DNA of 64,000 nt. Origin: the human T2T-CHM13v2.0 reference genome, Homo sapiens. The translations under genes were made by a program, and so were the position numbers. The stretch is from the NCBI RefSeq assembly GCF_009914755.1, contig NC_060934.1, one strand, 5' to 3'. Each line of letters opens with the position of its first letter. Positions within the stretch are counted from its first letter, which is position 1. Below the pieces are notes generated by a model. The model was not told the DNA's origin and ran no database searches. It worked only from the letters and a program-made list of their open reading frames with translations. This document shows, piece after piece, positions 47,648 through 63,714 of the stretch.

Positions 47648-47792
47648 GGGGTGATAGATGATGATGGTACGAGATTTGCAGTAGAAGGGAAGGAGAAGGC
47701 TCTGGAAGGGGAAAAGAGGACCAGCAGGGTCCCTCCATCACCTCCAGGTCTGCAGGAGGTGGCAGGAGGGCCTGGAATGAAAAACAGCCAGT

Positions 47793-48125
<333 letters not shown>

Positions 48126-49029
48126 TCAGGGAAGAGTCAGTTTTTGTCAGAACAAGGAGGGACTATTTGGAAGTTAGATTTGGGATGTGAGGCGTTTTGC
48201 TATTAGTGGATCAGGCTGATGGCACCGTGGAGGGGTTTCAGGAGTCAAGAACAGGTGGGAGAAAGTTTCCCAGTGCAGGTTGTGCAAGCCTCCTGGCCCG
48301 GAGAGTGTGGGTGTGACGAGTGGCTTGAGAGACAGGGATGAAGAGCATGAATGCTAATGTACAGCACTGAGCTCGCGTCTGCCACATGGTAAGCTCTTAG
48401 AAGACCTCAGCTTCTTATTCATTTTGTCACAAATCGATTAATTACTGAGCTGAAGGACATATTAGAAAACGGTCAATAGCAATACTTCTAACTTCCAATC
48501 TGTACTTACGCTTGGCATTCAATCGATGTTATCAAAACCTGTGCCAGCTCCAAGGAAGAGAGAACACTGTTTTCTGATTTAGTTGCTTCCTGAAAGGAGC
48601 TGAGAGCTGTAAAACACAGGCAAGATTGGACTTTTCAATAATGCTTATATATTGACTTGCAGAAACAATATTAGAACTTTTTTAAAATGCACACATTATC
48701 TCCTTAGGGTAAGGGAAAAGGTTTTACCTTTTTATTTTTGCATCTCCCCTTTGAGTGAACATCATTCTTTTTTCTTTAACTCACAACTTTACAAGGTATT
48801 TGGAGAAATATAAGGGAGAGATAGTTTCTGTTTCTCACCTCTTTAAGCAATGTCCTCTTGTATACCAAATAATATCTTCCTGTGGTTAATGATATGAGAA
48901 ACAGAATGCCTCTCCAGAAACCTTTTCACATCCCAGATTCAGAGTTCCTGAGGCCAGAATCTGATCTGACATATTTTACTACTTAGGTAAATCCTTAATC
49001 TCAAGAGTGATGAGAGTGAAGTCTTTTTA

Positions 49030-49183
49030 TGTTTGTTTTTTAGAGATGGGCCTCTTTCTGTCGCCCAGGCTGGAGTGCAATGGTGTGATCATAGCTCACT
49101 GCAGCCTCAACCTCCTGAGCTCAAGTAGTCCTCCTGCCTCAGCTTCCTGAGTTGCGACTACAGCCATGAACCACTGCATCCAG
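49030..49183 (-). mobile_element. Alu monomer (FRAM-like)
   Basis: Single antisense arm. Confidence 0.8.
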
Positions 49184-49437
49184 TTCAGGTTTTTTGTTTG
49201 TTTGTTGTTTTCCTTAAAAAACACTAGTGATTCTATTTTGATTCTGACAACTTTCATAAGGTCCAGGGACAAAATAAATGTGTTATCTCTTGGGAGGAGA
49301 TGGATTTATAAGCCCATGGGCACCATTCAGAGGCCATATGCCCTGGAAGCACTGAGGAATGTGCTCAAAGCAAACCCTTGGGTCATCCTTGACTCTTCTT
49401 TTGCTCTCACATCCACATCCAATCTATGAGGAAATTA

Positions 49438-49708
<271 letters not shown>

Positions 49709-49719
49709 TAAAACGTTCA

Positions 49720-51420
49720 ATGTCAGTGACTTGGAAGAATGTTCTGGTGGACGGGAAAGCCCCGGATGGAGAGAGGATTCAGGCATTTGAGAGGTCAGAG
49801 AGAAGCAAGGTATCCAAGGACAATGGAATTGGCTGCTTGTTGCTCAATTGAATTGAGGCTCTACATTAGGATAATGAAAAGCTGTAGGCAGTTAGGGAGC
49901 AATTGAAAGCCACTTGTGAAGGCCTGAGGGCCTCCAGGAATGGGGCCCATATTCACTCCATTCAGTGTAGAAAAAGCAGAAGACCAAACTATGGATTTAA
50001 TAGGCTTGCCTAGCTTCAAAGATGATTATCATTACACAAAGATCAGAGCACTGGTTGGGAAAACATGGAGCTCTTGTGCATGGGATGGGGACATTTGGGT
50101 GGATGCCTCCAAATATTTTGAGCTCTCAAACTCTTCTAAGCCCTCAGAGCCTGCAGAGGTGGCTCATCCTTCCCTGTTATGATCTGAAACTACCCATATG
50201 GGCCAACACCACAGAGTTCTGTCCCCACGGGCCAAGGAGGGCTTCTCAGGATCCTCAACTTCTTGCCTGGTTGCCAGACCAATCACTAGAGGTAAGTCGC
50301 AACATCACCAAGCCAAGAATATTATGGCAACACTGATGAGCTAGAAAGAGACTGTACCTCCCTCAAACTGTGAAAAATTCACCCCCATGTACTAGAAGGA
50401 AGGAACTGGATTTTGAAGGCGCTTGATCAAGGAGGCAGGATAAAGGAGAATACAGGAATGTGAGGGCATTTTCTCAGGATATGGGACTTAATGCTTGGCA
50501 AAGACCCTAGAGGATGGTGCAGACTTGCTGCTTGGGTGGTTCAACAAGCCTGGAGATAGGTCCATGCTGAGCGGAGCTGAAACAGATTTTTAAAGGCTCA
50601 GGGAAGTGAACATGCTGGTATATTATGGCGATCAGAAGACCCATCAGAGGATTATTATGCCCAGGGAGGTCTGGAGAACACAGCATTCACCAAGCCATTG
50701 GGAAATTAGCTGAAGGCTTTCCTCTGCAGACCACAACTGGTGGTGTGAAAGGCTGTTGTGGAGTTGAATCCACAGAGAGTAGTGATGATGGGGTGAAACA
50801 GATGGGAATCTTGTGAGGATACTTCTTAATACATCTAATCAAAAGATAGCCAACACAGGCCAGGCGCAGTGGCTCCCACCTGTAATCCCAGCACTTTGGG
50901 AGGCCGAGGTGGGTGGATCACTTGAGGTCAGGAATTCAAGACTAGCCTGGCCAACATGGTGAAACCCTGTCTCTACTAAAAATACAAAAATCAGCTGGAT
51001 GCGATGGTGTGCACCTGTGGTCCCAGCTACTTGGAGGCTGAGGCAGGAGAATCACTTGAACCCAGAAGGTAGAGGTTGCAGTGAGCTGAAGTCGTGCCAC
51101 TTCACTCCAGCCTGGGAAACAGAGTGAGACCTTGTATTAAAAAAAAAAAAATCCAACAAGGATGCCCAGGAGGCTGAGGGTGTTTGCTCTATCAAACATT
51201 TGCAATTCCTTGTCTAGTACCTGGAACCTGAGGCAGTTTTCAGACCTGGAATCCCCCAATAGAAAGGGTGGCCATGTTCCCAGGATGAAGGACCCAGCAA
51301 CACCACACCAAGTCTATGGGTATAATTCCTTTTGTCCTTCCCCAAAAGACATTTATTCAAGTGACTCTACTCTGGGGAAAAACTCCCAGATGTTTTGAAG
51401 ATTACTGGATGCCCTGCAGG
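49720..51420 (+). mobile_element. ERVL internal remnant (HERV16/ERV3-16A3-like)
   Basis: caaggacaatggaattggctgcttgttgct, ataatgaaaagctg, tgggatggggacatttgggtggatg resemble decayed ERVL gag. Confidence 0.6.
50858..51150 (+). mobile_element. AluS SINE
   Basis: Dimeric Alu. Confidence 0.93.
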
Positions 51421-51439
51421 GATGGATGGAGGTAGGCAT

Positions 51440-51903
51440 TGAGGTGTGCAATGATTCAGATCTTCACTGGAGAAAGGACTTACCTGGCAGCTTCAAGGAG
51501 TGTAGGCAGCCGACAGCTTCCAGCTGCAGCACCTGGAGGATCTGCTTCAGCTTTTCAACCAAGACCACACTTTTTCTGGGCAGCTCCCAGCCAATACCGG
51601 CACCATGGCGGTACCAAGGCCGTGTCTGTCCAACACAGGAATCCTCTTTGCTCCAGAGCTTCCCATCATGTTGGTCAAATCCGTGTCTGACCCACCAAAA
51701 TCTGAGGCTCTCTCTTGTCTATCTTGTTTTCTACCCTTTTTCCTTTTGTAAGTGTCAAATCTGCATCGTGATCTGAAGGCTTTCCATGCTTGGGCAATCT
51801 TGATATTTCCTCTTACGCTTTTTACAAATATTACCCCCCACCCCAAATCTCTTGCACTTCTAAATCAACCTCATTGTCTGCTTTCCTTAGGATGCAACTG
51901 ACA
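51440..51903 (+). mobile_element. ERVL LTR (LTR16/LTR40-like)
   Basis: gacagcttccagctgcagcacc, gggcagctcccagccaat, ...tctgctttccttaggatgcaactgaca end. Confidence 0.6.
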
Positions 51904-53182
51904 TGATGCTCTGGTCTGCTGGGTTGTAGTCTGTTTAGCCACAGATAAGGCAGTCGGGTGCGGTCAATGGCTTTGCAGAGGCTTGCTAACACATGGAAAT
52001 GTTTATGCACATTTAAAAAGTTGATTCACAAAGTAGTACCAGATTTTCTCATTACAGTATTTTAATGCAGGGGCTCTTACAGTTAAAATATTCTGGAAGT
52101 TAAGTAGGAAAACTACATTGAAGATAAATCTAAGTTAATTACAGATGCAAAATTTTTGTTTTAAATGTAAGCATCTACCCTACCTCCTTCAACCAGAGTT
52201 AGGCTGGGGTTCTGTGAATTGCACACAGACGTTTCTTGCTTGTTATGGAATTTGCTTTTTGTATTTCGGAAGCAACTACATTCTGGGCAACAAAACCAAA
52301 CTGGTCTCACATTTAGATTAAGCACCTTCTATGGCTGAGCCACTTCCTCTTGAATATTTGATAGTCACCCAAAATTAAGGACAGTGGTGGATACATTCTT
52401 CGCCTTCTGTTTCAACACTCTCTTGCCTTTCTTATTACCTAGTGCTATTTGTGGCACCGCAATCATATATGTTTACTAGGTTTAGACAACAACAACATCT
52501 TGGCTGCCACTTAAAAAAAAATATTTGAGATCCTTGACAACAGCTCAATTCCTTGGACTTAGGAAGAGGTCACACGGCTTCTCACAATGACTGAGACAAG
52601 GGTGGGAGTGGGAAGGTCTTTCCGTTTCTTCATCCAGGCACTTAGTAAATAAAACCAGTTCCTCAAAATAGCTTTTATACAAAGAACATAATCTTTTACC
52701 TAAGATTCTTTATTTGGTTTTCCATCATCCAGTCTTTTCCTTTTTTCTCTTTTAAAGCTCGAAGCCCATGGACTTTGAGATTTGTTGCATCTTTATCCAC
52801 AAATCTCCTCCCTTTAATAACCAGTCTTCTCAGAACTTAAATTCCATCAAAGCCAACACCTTCAATACACGCGGCCCATTTTTCTTCTTCGGATGCTGAC
52901 TAGACCGTTTTCCAGTCATTCTCATTTTATCAATATCTCCTTCAATCTTGAGATTCCTTCTTAACCATTTCCTTCTAAAGGTCTATTCTAACTGCCTCCA
53001 AATGATTTCTTCTTCTTCGTCATTATCTTAATGCTTCCTTAGCCATGAGCTTGTTTGTACAAATGTAAAGATAAATGGTGACTGGCAGAATGCCTGTGCT
53101 TGAAAGATACAAACGGGCATATTTGCCAATTTCTTCTCTCTTATAGAACTGTGGTCAAACTACTCCGCCTTCATTACAATCA

Positions 53183-53488
<306 letters not shown>

Positions 53489-53559
53489 GAATAAAGGAGA
53501 ATATTCAAAATCACCATCTGAAATTTGAGGATTGAGGGACTAATTTGGCTACTTTGTAA

Positions 53560-53861
<302 letters not shown>

Positions 53862-55109
53862 ACCTGTGATTTTTATATAGTTGTTTGCTGTCAGAGCTAA
53901 GGATTTTACTGGAGTTAACAAATAACTATGCTATAAGTAACAAAAATGCTGAGCCAAAGACGTGCTAATACTTTTCCTGGTATTAGCTGGTTTCCCCTTG
54001 AGTTAGAACATACCTATGAGAACACACAGAAGGAAATCTCTCAAAATGTAATTGACATCAAGCTATTTATGTGTACCTGTTTGCTTATCATCCATTGAGC
54101 CAGACATCTGACATCTTTGTTGCCTTTTTGTTTCTAGGTCTTGGTACTGTTGACATTTGATAAATGTTTATTTCTTGATTTTAATTCTTAGCTTTTGTTT
54201 CATTTAATACTTTAGTTCTTCACACCAGAATTGTCTGGAAGGCAACTGGAAGTTTAACAGAGATAAAGGAAATCGAGATCACAGTATATTCCTCATAGTT
54301 CTAACATCTGCATTTCAGGAACAGAAGACAAACGTTTTAAATGTTTTGCCAACTGCAATTAAACAAAATGATCAACTCCTTATCATGAGACAGTTCAGGG
54401 ATGTATGTCTGCAATTCACACATTTCATTTCCTAGCTTGTTCTTCTTTCAATAAAGAGGTCACAATGGGAGTGACTTTTAGTCTAAGTAATAAACGGTTA
54501 CCTTTGCCTTTGTGTCTCTTGTAATAATTGTTGCATTGGGTAAGGATTAAATGTGATATGTGCGTTGTGATCTGCTTCAGAACAGGAGAGGAAATGTGTT
54601 GGTCTTCCCCAGGATCACCTCTGTGAGCCACTTAAAACTCTAGTAGACAGAGCACTGGAGAGTGTCCCCCAGAGAATTGTTTTAACTGGCGATCTGCCTC
54701 CCCACCATCTACCCCTAAATCCTAATGAGACTAAATAGTCTTTTGTTTTTATACGTGTGTAGAAGCTATTCCAAAGCTTTTTAGATTTCATTGACTAGTA
54801 AATTTCCAAAAGATATTTTTGAAGCCTTGCTTAAAGTTTTTAATATTTTTATTTTCTCAGGTAAAAATAGTTTTTTAAAAGAGATTGTCAAACAGATTTT
54901 TTTTTCCCAGAAATATTTACTGTAGCAGATATTCCTCTCTCCTCCCTTTTTGGCAAAACTTTAATTTCATGTGGGAGTTTATCCCTTTCCCATATGAGTT
55001 AAAGTTAAATCTTGACAAGTTGAAGCCTCTAAGTCAATATCCTTGACAGTGATTGGCTTAAGGGGAGGCATGAGATCCTTTTCTGGACTACTATGTACAT
55101 GGGAAGATC

Positions 55110-55616
55110 TGTTAGGGGTTTATGCTGGTCTGTTTCCATTTGTCCCGCTCCATCCAGAACTCATCTGTCTTTTTCTGCTTTTCTCTGTGCCCCAGGAGGT
55201 TGACCTCTAAAGATTGCACTGTGAAGTCTTCCTTGTCCTCTGGCATTCCACTGGATTTGGCTAATGGAGGCATTGCTAGGAGGGCAGAGTATTCATAATT
55301 CGACCTCAGACTCCCTTCCTTCTGGCTGCGATCCAGACAGTAGCCACATTCCTCTAAGGCACAGCTCCCGTGTCGGGCAAGCTTTCTTCCTCAGCTACAG
55401 CTCTCTTTATGAAGGGTGGAAACTTCCTTTCTCCTTTCTCCTTCAGGACCAGAAGCAGGGTGGACTTCCTGCTATAATCCTTGGCACTTCACCTTTTCTC
55501 CTTGGTTCTCTTAACTTTGCTCGCTTGCAGTCTTTAAACAGCCCCTCCATTAAATTCACTTCTATTAAATTCTCTAAGAGTGCAAGCTCTTCCCTGCTCA
55601 AACCTTGACTGATATA
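55110..55616 (+). mobile_element. LTR33-like ERVL solo LTR
   Basis: tctctgtgccccaggaggttgacc, ctctggcattcc, ...accttgactgatata end. Confidence 0.7.
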
Positions 55617-55639
55617 GGGGGCTTCGAGGAATGGTTCTT

Positions 55640-56243
<604 letters not shown>

Positions 56244-57260
56244 TCGGAAAGTTTCCTTGAGTCTGATAAAGCAAACCCACAGGGTGCAATAACAAAACAA
56301 TGGGATAGGTGTGGGGGAAATGTACTTAAATAGAGTGAACAGAGATACATCTAAAGTGACTTGAACGATGAGAAGTTCAATGAGAGATGAGCAGGTGGGA
56401 AAACAAACTATCACTACCACTTCAGAAAGAAAAGGGACATTTAAACTCCAAATATGCAGACAGAACATAAACTGAGAATAAATGGAAGGGCTGGAAAGTT
56501 AAATGGAATATTAAGGACATTACTTTTATTTTTTCTCAATGTTTGGTAAGCAATGGTGTGTGGGTGTGTATGTGTGTGTGTAGTGTCTTTTTCCATGGTT
56601 TATGGCTTAAAATAAATTTTTTGGTAGAAATTATACAAAGCACTCATTGCTGCATGCATATGTAACAGGGTGGCATTTAACCCAGTTTAGGCAATGGGGC
56701 AAAGTCAGTGAAGGTTGGTGCCAGGATCCTGTACCTGTAAGACTGAAGTGGTTTTCAGGGCCCCCGCTCCACTCCCACACGCTTCACCAGTTCCTGGTCT
56801 TGTCTCTGCCTCACCCCGTTCTGGGTTGCTCTGCTCTGGTCTTGGTCATGGGCCCTGGCCTCCCTTCCGCCCTGGCCCTCCAGGCTGGCTTGCCGTGTGC
56901 TCTCCAACATGTGGTCCTGGGCTTGGGTTCCCCGTCTCCTTCCTCCTTATCCTTCTACCTGGCATTGCACCTCTGTGATTCTCTAGAATAAATTCTCTAT
57001 CCTTGAACTGCTATGGTGGTGATTTTGGTCTTCGTAAGCCATTCCCCTTAAAAAAATAACTTTTTTTTAAAAAAACAATTTTCTCTAATATATTTTAGGA
57101 TACTTTTAATTTAAAAAACCCCTGTGTGGCATTCTTTTCTCATGGGCTGTAAATGCTGAGTGTGTTTCATGCTTGCCCCCTCTCTGTGCTCCTTGTCTTA
57201 CTCTGGCCCCTTATTCTAGACCCTCCTCCAGCTTATGGCCCTCCTTTGCTTCTTCATCTC

Positions 57261-57551
57261 TTTTTTTGAGACAGGGTCTTGCTCTATCACCTGAGCTGGA
57301 GTGCAGTGGTGCAATCATAGCTCACTGCAGCCTTGAACTCCTAGGCTCAGGTGATCCTCCCACCTCAGCCTCCTGACTAGCTGGGACCACAGACACGCAC
57401 TACCATGCCAGGCTAATTTTTAAATTTTTGCTAGAGATGAGGTTTCACTACGTTGGCCAGGCAGGTCTGCAACTCTTGGCCTCAAATGATCCTTCCAACT
57501 CAGCCTCCCAAAGTGTGCTGAGATGACAGGTGTCAGCCACCGCACCTGGCC
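57261..57551 (-). mobile_element. AluJ SINE
   Basis: Antisense Alu. Confidence 0.9.
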
Positions 57552-58067
57552 CACTCACCTCTTTGAATCGCTATCTTCTCAATTCTGAATCCTTCTAAAT
57601 TTTCCTCACCAACACTAGATTGAGAAGTGGGAAGAAGAAACAAGAAAATAGGAGGAGAAAGAGAGGCCCAAAACTATTACTTTCTAATACAAGCAGAAGA
57701 GAATCAAGGTGAAAGAAAAGATCTTTTGAGGCCTGGAGTTGAGTGAGCCCATGAGCCAAACCTTAGAGGGAAGGCGGGAGGCAGGGCTTGTGATTTCTTC
57801 TTGGGTGACCTATTTGCTTAAATGATGCTGGAATTGTAGGCCATAGATGCAAATTACAGAATCATTCCCTGACTTGCCCACTAGGTTGGGCAAGTTGGGG
57901 AAAATAATCAATTTATCCCTTGAAAATTAATTCTTTCTGTTGGACGATAGCGAAAGGGCCTAAGAAGATCCTGAATAAATGCTTTCTGATGATGTGGGTG
58001 CAACCAGAAGCCACTGCACTGATGTTTTGAGGCCTTTCCAGTGGTAGAGTTCAAGAGTTCTTAATTA

Positions 58068-58700
<633 letters not shown>

Positions 58701-59564
58701 AGGTTTTACTATGATGTGTGACCCAGTTGCACGGTCACCAGGCACTGTGAGTGCTACTGGCCAGCTCCCTGCTGCAGAGGAAGGCCAGAGCAAGCTGCAG
58801 TCCTACCCCTGGGTAGCTTCACTTGGCTGGAAAAAAAAATCACTTACCCAAGGTTGTGTGCCTAGACTGTGCTGAGAAGCTGGGGGAAACAGAGAGACGT
58901 CTCAACCAGGGCATTTACAAACCAGTGCCTGGGAGTACCATCAGACTTACCAAAGGACCCTCAGGTTAATATATTTGATAACATAGCTACCCAGCAGTTC
59001 AAAATGAAGTCATGTTTGTTTAAGAAAATTATAAATAAATGTGTTTTTGATTCAAGTTCATCTTTTTGGCCCCTTCTTCTAAGTATTTCTTAAATCTGCC
59101 CACTTCTCTCCATCACCACACCTTTATTCCAGGCCTGCCTCACCTCCCATGTCCATTAAACTCTCAGCCTCCCACTTGGTCTCTTTTGTTCCAGTCTCTT
59201 TCCCCCAGCAACCTACTGTCCATGCCCACCCCGCATCTTCTCTGCCTCTAGTCAGATCCTGTCACTTCCCTGCTTAGCATCTTCCAGTATTTCCCCATTC
59301 CTCCTCCTTCTCTACGGAACTCAGTTTTCCAGCCTCCCCTAGGCTGGACTAGGTTGCTCCTGTGTGCTCAGTGGGCATGCTCACCCACCTTCCCTCCTTG
59401 ATCTCACTTGGTGGCCTCACATCACACTTCTTTGAAGAAGAACTCTGTCAGACTCCCACTAAATCTTCTCATCAAAACTGCTGACTTGAAGCTTGGACAA
59501 GAAGGGGGAAGAGGATATGGAAAAGAATTATCACATACCCCCACTAGACATCAACCATGTGTCT

Positions 59565-59866
59565 TTTTTTTCTCTTTGAGATGGAGTCTTGCTCTGTCAC
59601 CTAGGCTGGAGTACAGTGGCACGATCTCGGCTGACTGCAACCTCCACCTGTCAGGTTCAAGTGATTCTCAATTCTCGTGCCTCAGCCTCCCAAGTAGCTG
59701 GGACTACAGACACCCGCCACCACACCCATCTAATTTTTCTATTTTTAGTAGGGACAGGGTTTCGCTGTTTTGGCCAGGCTGGTCTCGAACTCCTGATCTC
59801 AAGTGATTCACCTACCTCGGCCTCCCAAAGTGATGGGATTACAGGTGTGAGCCACCGTGCCCGGCC
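59565..59866 (-). mobile_element. AluS SINE
   Basis: Antisense Alu. Confidence 0.92.
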
Positions 59867-60304
59867 CATCTCCTACTAAATCTATAATCATCTCCCTCCA
59901 CTGTTCCCCTTTCTTCCCTCCAGGTACAATTGTAATGCATCCCTCCCCTGTCCAAGGCCAATTCCTATGCTCATGCCTTGCACACAATCCCTGCACCATC
60001 TCAGGGACTTCCTCCTTTTATTATCACCTCTATCTCTAACCTCATCAAGCTTCCCCTTTCTCCTGGATTATTCCCATCAGCATGCAAACATTCTGAATGT
60101 TTTTCCTTGATCCTTTAGAGGATGTCCAGCTATCATTCCATTTGTCTGCTTTTTATGCCTAAAATTCATGGAAGAGTCAGCTGGGCATGCCATCTCACCA
60201 CCTCACCTCTTCTCCATGCCAGTCGGGCTCCCACTTCTGCTGCTTGATGGTGACTCCTGCTCCAGGTGAGCAGTGACCTCCTCCTTGCCACACTCAGGGC
60301 TCAG

Positions 60305-60625
60305 CTTTCTTCTTTTCTTTCTTTCTTTCTTTTTTTTTTTTTTTTTTGAGACAAAGTTTCACTCTGTTGCTGAGGCTGGAGTGCAGTGGTGCTATCTTGG
60401 CTCACTGCAAGCTGCACCTTCCGGGTTCAATGATCCTCCTGCCTCAGCCTGCCAAGTAGCTGGGATTACAGGCGTGTACCACCATGCCTGCTAATTTTTG
60501 TATTTTTAGTAAAGTTGGGGTTTGCCATTTTGGCCAGGCTGGTCTCGAACCCCTGACCTCAAGTCATCTGCCCGTCTTGGCCTTCCAAAGTGCTGGGATT
60601 ACAGGCATGAGCCACTGTGCCCAGC
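60305..60625 (-). mobile_element. AluS SINE
   Basis: Antisense Alu; TSD ctcagctttct. Confidence 0.92.
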
Positions 60626-61204
60626 CTCAGCTTTCTGCCTTCATCTTGCTCCTTGCTCAAGGGCAGTCACCACCTCCCCTGGGTTTCTTTGTCTTTCCCA
60701 GTTCCCTCGCTGGCTCTTCCTCCCCTCCTAACACAGCTGTATGACTGTGTTCCTGAGCCCTCCACTGCTCTTGCCACACTCTCTGTGGGTGGTCCCAACT
60801 TGACCCATGGCTTTAAATAGCATTTATTTGCTGGTGATTCCTGAATTTATAGCCTCAGCTTAGACCACTGTTCCTCTGAACTTCAGACTTGTGTATCCAA
60901 CTGCCCACTCTCTACTCCCATGTAGCAATTTCACAAGCATCCCAAAGTTAGTATGTCCCAGAATGAACTCTTAATTCCTGCCACTTCAATCTATTTATCT
61001 CCTGTCTTCCCTGTCTCAATAAATCACACCTTCATCCACCTGTGGCTCCATTCAGAAACCTGGATGGCCTACGTGTCTTTTCCCTATACTTACCTTCATA
61101 GCCGATTTGTCAGAAATTCCGGACTATTCTACCTCTAAAACAACACATCTTGAATCCGTCCACCTATTACCTCTTCTTTCACTATAGTCCAAGCCACCAC
61201 CAGT

Positions 61205-61553
61205 TTTTTCTTCTCCTTCTTCTTCTTCTTTTTTTTGGGGGGGGTGGGGGGCGGGGGTGGGGGGTGGGGGCATGGTTTTGCTCTGTTGTCCAGGCTGGAG
61301 TGCAGTGGTACAATCATAGCTCACCGTAGCCTCCACCTCCTGGGCTCAAGCAATCCTCCCACCTCAGCCTCCCAGGCAGCTAGGACTACAGGCCAGTTAA
61401 CTACTATGGTCAGTTAATCTTTAATTTTTTTTTTTTGTAGAGACAAGGTCTTGCTATGTTGCCCAGGCTGGTCTCAAACTACTGTCCTTAAGTGATCTTC
61501 CTGCCTCGGCCACCCAAAATGCTGAGATTACAGGTGTCAGCCACCGTGCCCAG
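61205..61553 (-). mobile_element. AluJ SINE with a G-run tract at the tail junction
   Basis: Antisense Alu preceded by (CTT)n, a T run and a G-rich block. Confidence 0.88.
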
Positions 61554-63714
61554 CTCACCGTAAGCTTCTTAAGTGGTTTACCTGGTTCCACTTGTGGAAG
61601 GCTTCAATTTCTTCCTATGCAGCATCCAGGGAAAGTGTGATGCCTGTATAAATCTTCCAGTGGCTCCCCATTGCCCAGCTCATATGGTCCTACTTGGTTT
61701 GGCCCCTGCCTTTCTATAAGCCCTCCTTCTCTCACCATGTCTCTGCCCCTCCTCTTTCCACAACCCGTGGCTGGCCCTCCTCATATCTGTCTGTTTCACT
61801 GATTAATGCTCAGTCTCTGGTAACTGCCCCAGTGCAGAGACTGTGCAAATTAATATTTGTTTTGATTGTTGAATTTATTGCCACGTGTTAGATCCTAGAG
61901 TAACTAAGATGAACTAAAGAAAGCTTCCATCAAACAGGAGCTGTCAGTCAAGTAAGTGACACAAATGTGTACACAGAGAATATTTACAATTCATTTTGAT
62001 GGGGTGAACACGAGGGGAAGCCAAGGAAAGGCTTCTCAGGGAAGGAACACTTGAATTGAGTTGATGAACCTCCCCGTAAATCTAAACCATCGCATAAAAA
62101 CAATAACTTCAGGAAATAGAATGGAAAAATATGCTAAATTATTAATATTAGCATTCCTGGCTTTTAGCTTGGTGGAAGTTTTTTTTTTCTTCCCTATTTT
62201 GGTATTTCCAAATCTTCCAGCATGAATTATAAAAATAGTTAGCTTTTTTATGATAAAAAAGTAAAAAAAAAACCTGGAGGAAATAGTTCTTACACACACA
62301 CACAAACGTGCACACACACACACACGATTAAAACAAATGAAAACAAACAAAAATCCCTGTTGAGCAATGCAAACACACATCACACTTTGATATTAATAAA
62401 ACGAGACACACTCGGATATCTCATTGTGCATTTTCTCATATGTTTCTGGAAGTCAGCTGCAGGTACTGGAAATGAAGCTTCTTCTCAAAATAAATTTTCC
62501 GAAAACAACAAAAAAAGATTGAAGAAAAAAGTGAGAAAAAGGATGAGAAATGGTGAAATCTTTTTACTGAGTTTATGAGTTGAGTGGGTAGCAGGGAAAG
62601 GATGGGTTGGGAGGGAACGGGGAGGAAAGGAAATAGGAGTTTTTGGTGATGTTCCACTCATAAAAGTCAGTGGATATTTTTACAGGTACCAGCTAGTCCT
62701 TCCTGAAAATCCTCTAACGGCGACAGGCTGTGAAGCAGTAACAGGAAGATAAATGCTTTTCTGAAGAGTAATTTTAGTGCCGTGTGGAAAATGTGAAGGG
62801 GGAAAAAAATAAAGATCGAATGGAAAATCCATCCACGGGCCAACCCACACCACAGAAGTGTTGGGGACCTTGCGTGTCCTAATTAGCCCCTACACCAGGA
62901 GCAGCAGCCCCAGCAGAGGCCTCTCTCTGGGCAAATGCCCTCGTCCTTTGTGGGGGGCAGCCTGGGTAAAGAGCATTCATTTACTCCACATGCCCTGAAT
63001 GTGGCTATCATTTTGAGGGTGCAGAAGAATTGGAAAGTATAAAAAGCTAAGACCACCAAGCAGTGACCTTTTCCCCTTATTCTACAATGCAAGTCTATTT
63101 TTCCATAATGGGTATTAGATGTTTCTGAATGGAGCCTTCCTAATGCAGGCAGTGTTGCAGGGAAGCTGCTTGCAAACTCTAACCTCTCTCCAACTCAGCT
63201 TTTTTTTCTACCCTAGTCAACCCTTTTGCAATCACGATGAAGTTCACGCAGATCTCACCAAGACTCATCTCTTCCTTTTGTTTTCTCTCCGTGCTGAGAT
63301 GATCCTCATATAGTGCTCTTCGGAAGTTCAGAATTTTCCCATGCTCCTGTGGCAAGCTTTAGAGTTTCCAGTGCCGGAGCACCACCCAGCTGGCGGAAGC
63401 CAAAAACAAGATGGCGTCGTCATGAAATAAACCCTACTAGTGTGTGGGGGATTCATAGCTTTCTCCCCTCTTCTTTACTCGTACAGCTTCTCTTCCAAGT
63501 CAGAGAATTTGAGATGATAGAAAATTCTGAGGATTTCCTGAGAGCTTTGTACTGAGACATCTTTAAATATCTAAGAGAAACATGGGCAACTGTAATTTCC
63601 TTCCTAGGACCACCTCACTAGATGATACCGTTCTGTTTTAACAAGGGTAGCCAATGGTTGAAAATAAGAGTCATACCCCATGTTCAGAGCATAGCCATTT
63701 TATGTTTTGAGGTA

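Larger units (their letters stand above)
59060..61880 (+). mobile_element. L2 LINE remnants interrupted by three Alus
   Basis: aatctgcccacttctctcc, gaacttcagacttgtgtatccaactgccc, ccatggctttaaata, taatatttgtt...gaat 3' end. Confidence 0.7.

Noticed and set aside
52700-53090. Purine-rich minus strand resembling a processed pseudogene
   Set aside because: Frequent stops, no recognisable parent, no poly(A) or TSD; may be an ancient repeat.
56740-56990. GC-rich, strand-skewed stretch with 114-aa and 87-aa ORFs
   Set aside because: No assignable family, splice structure or protein similarity.
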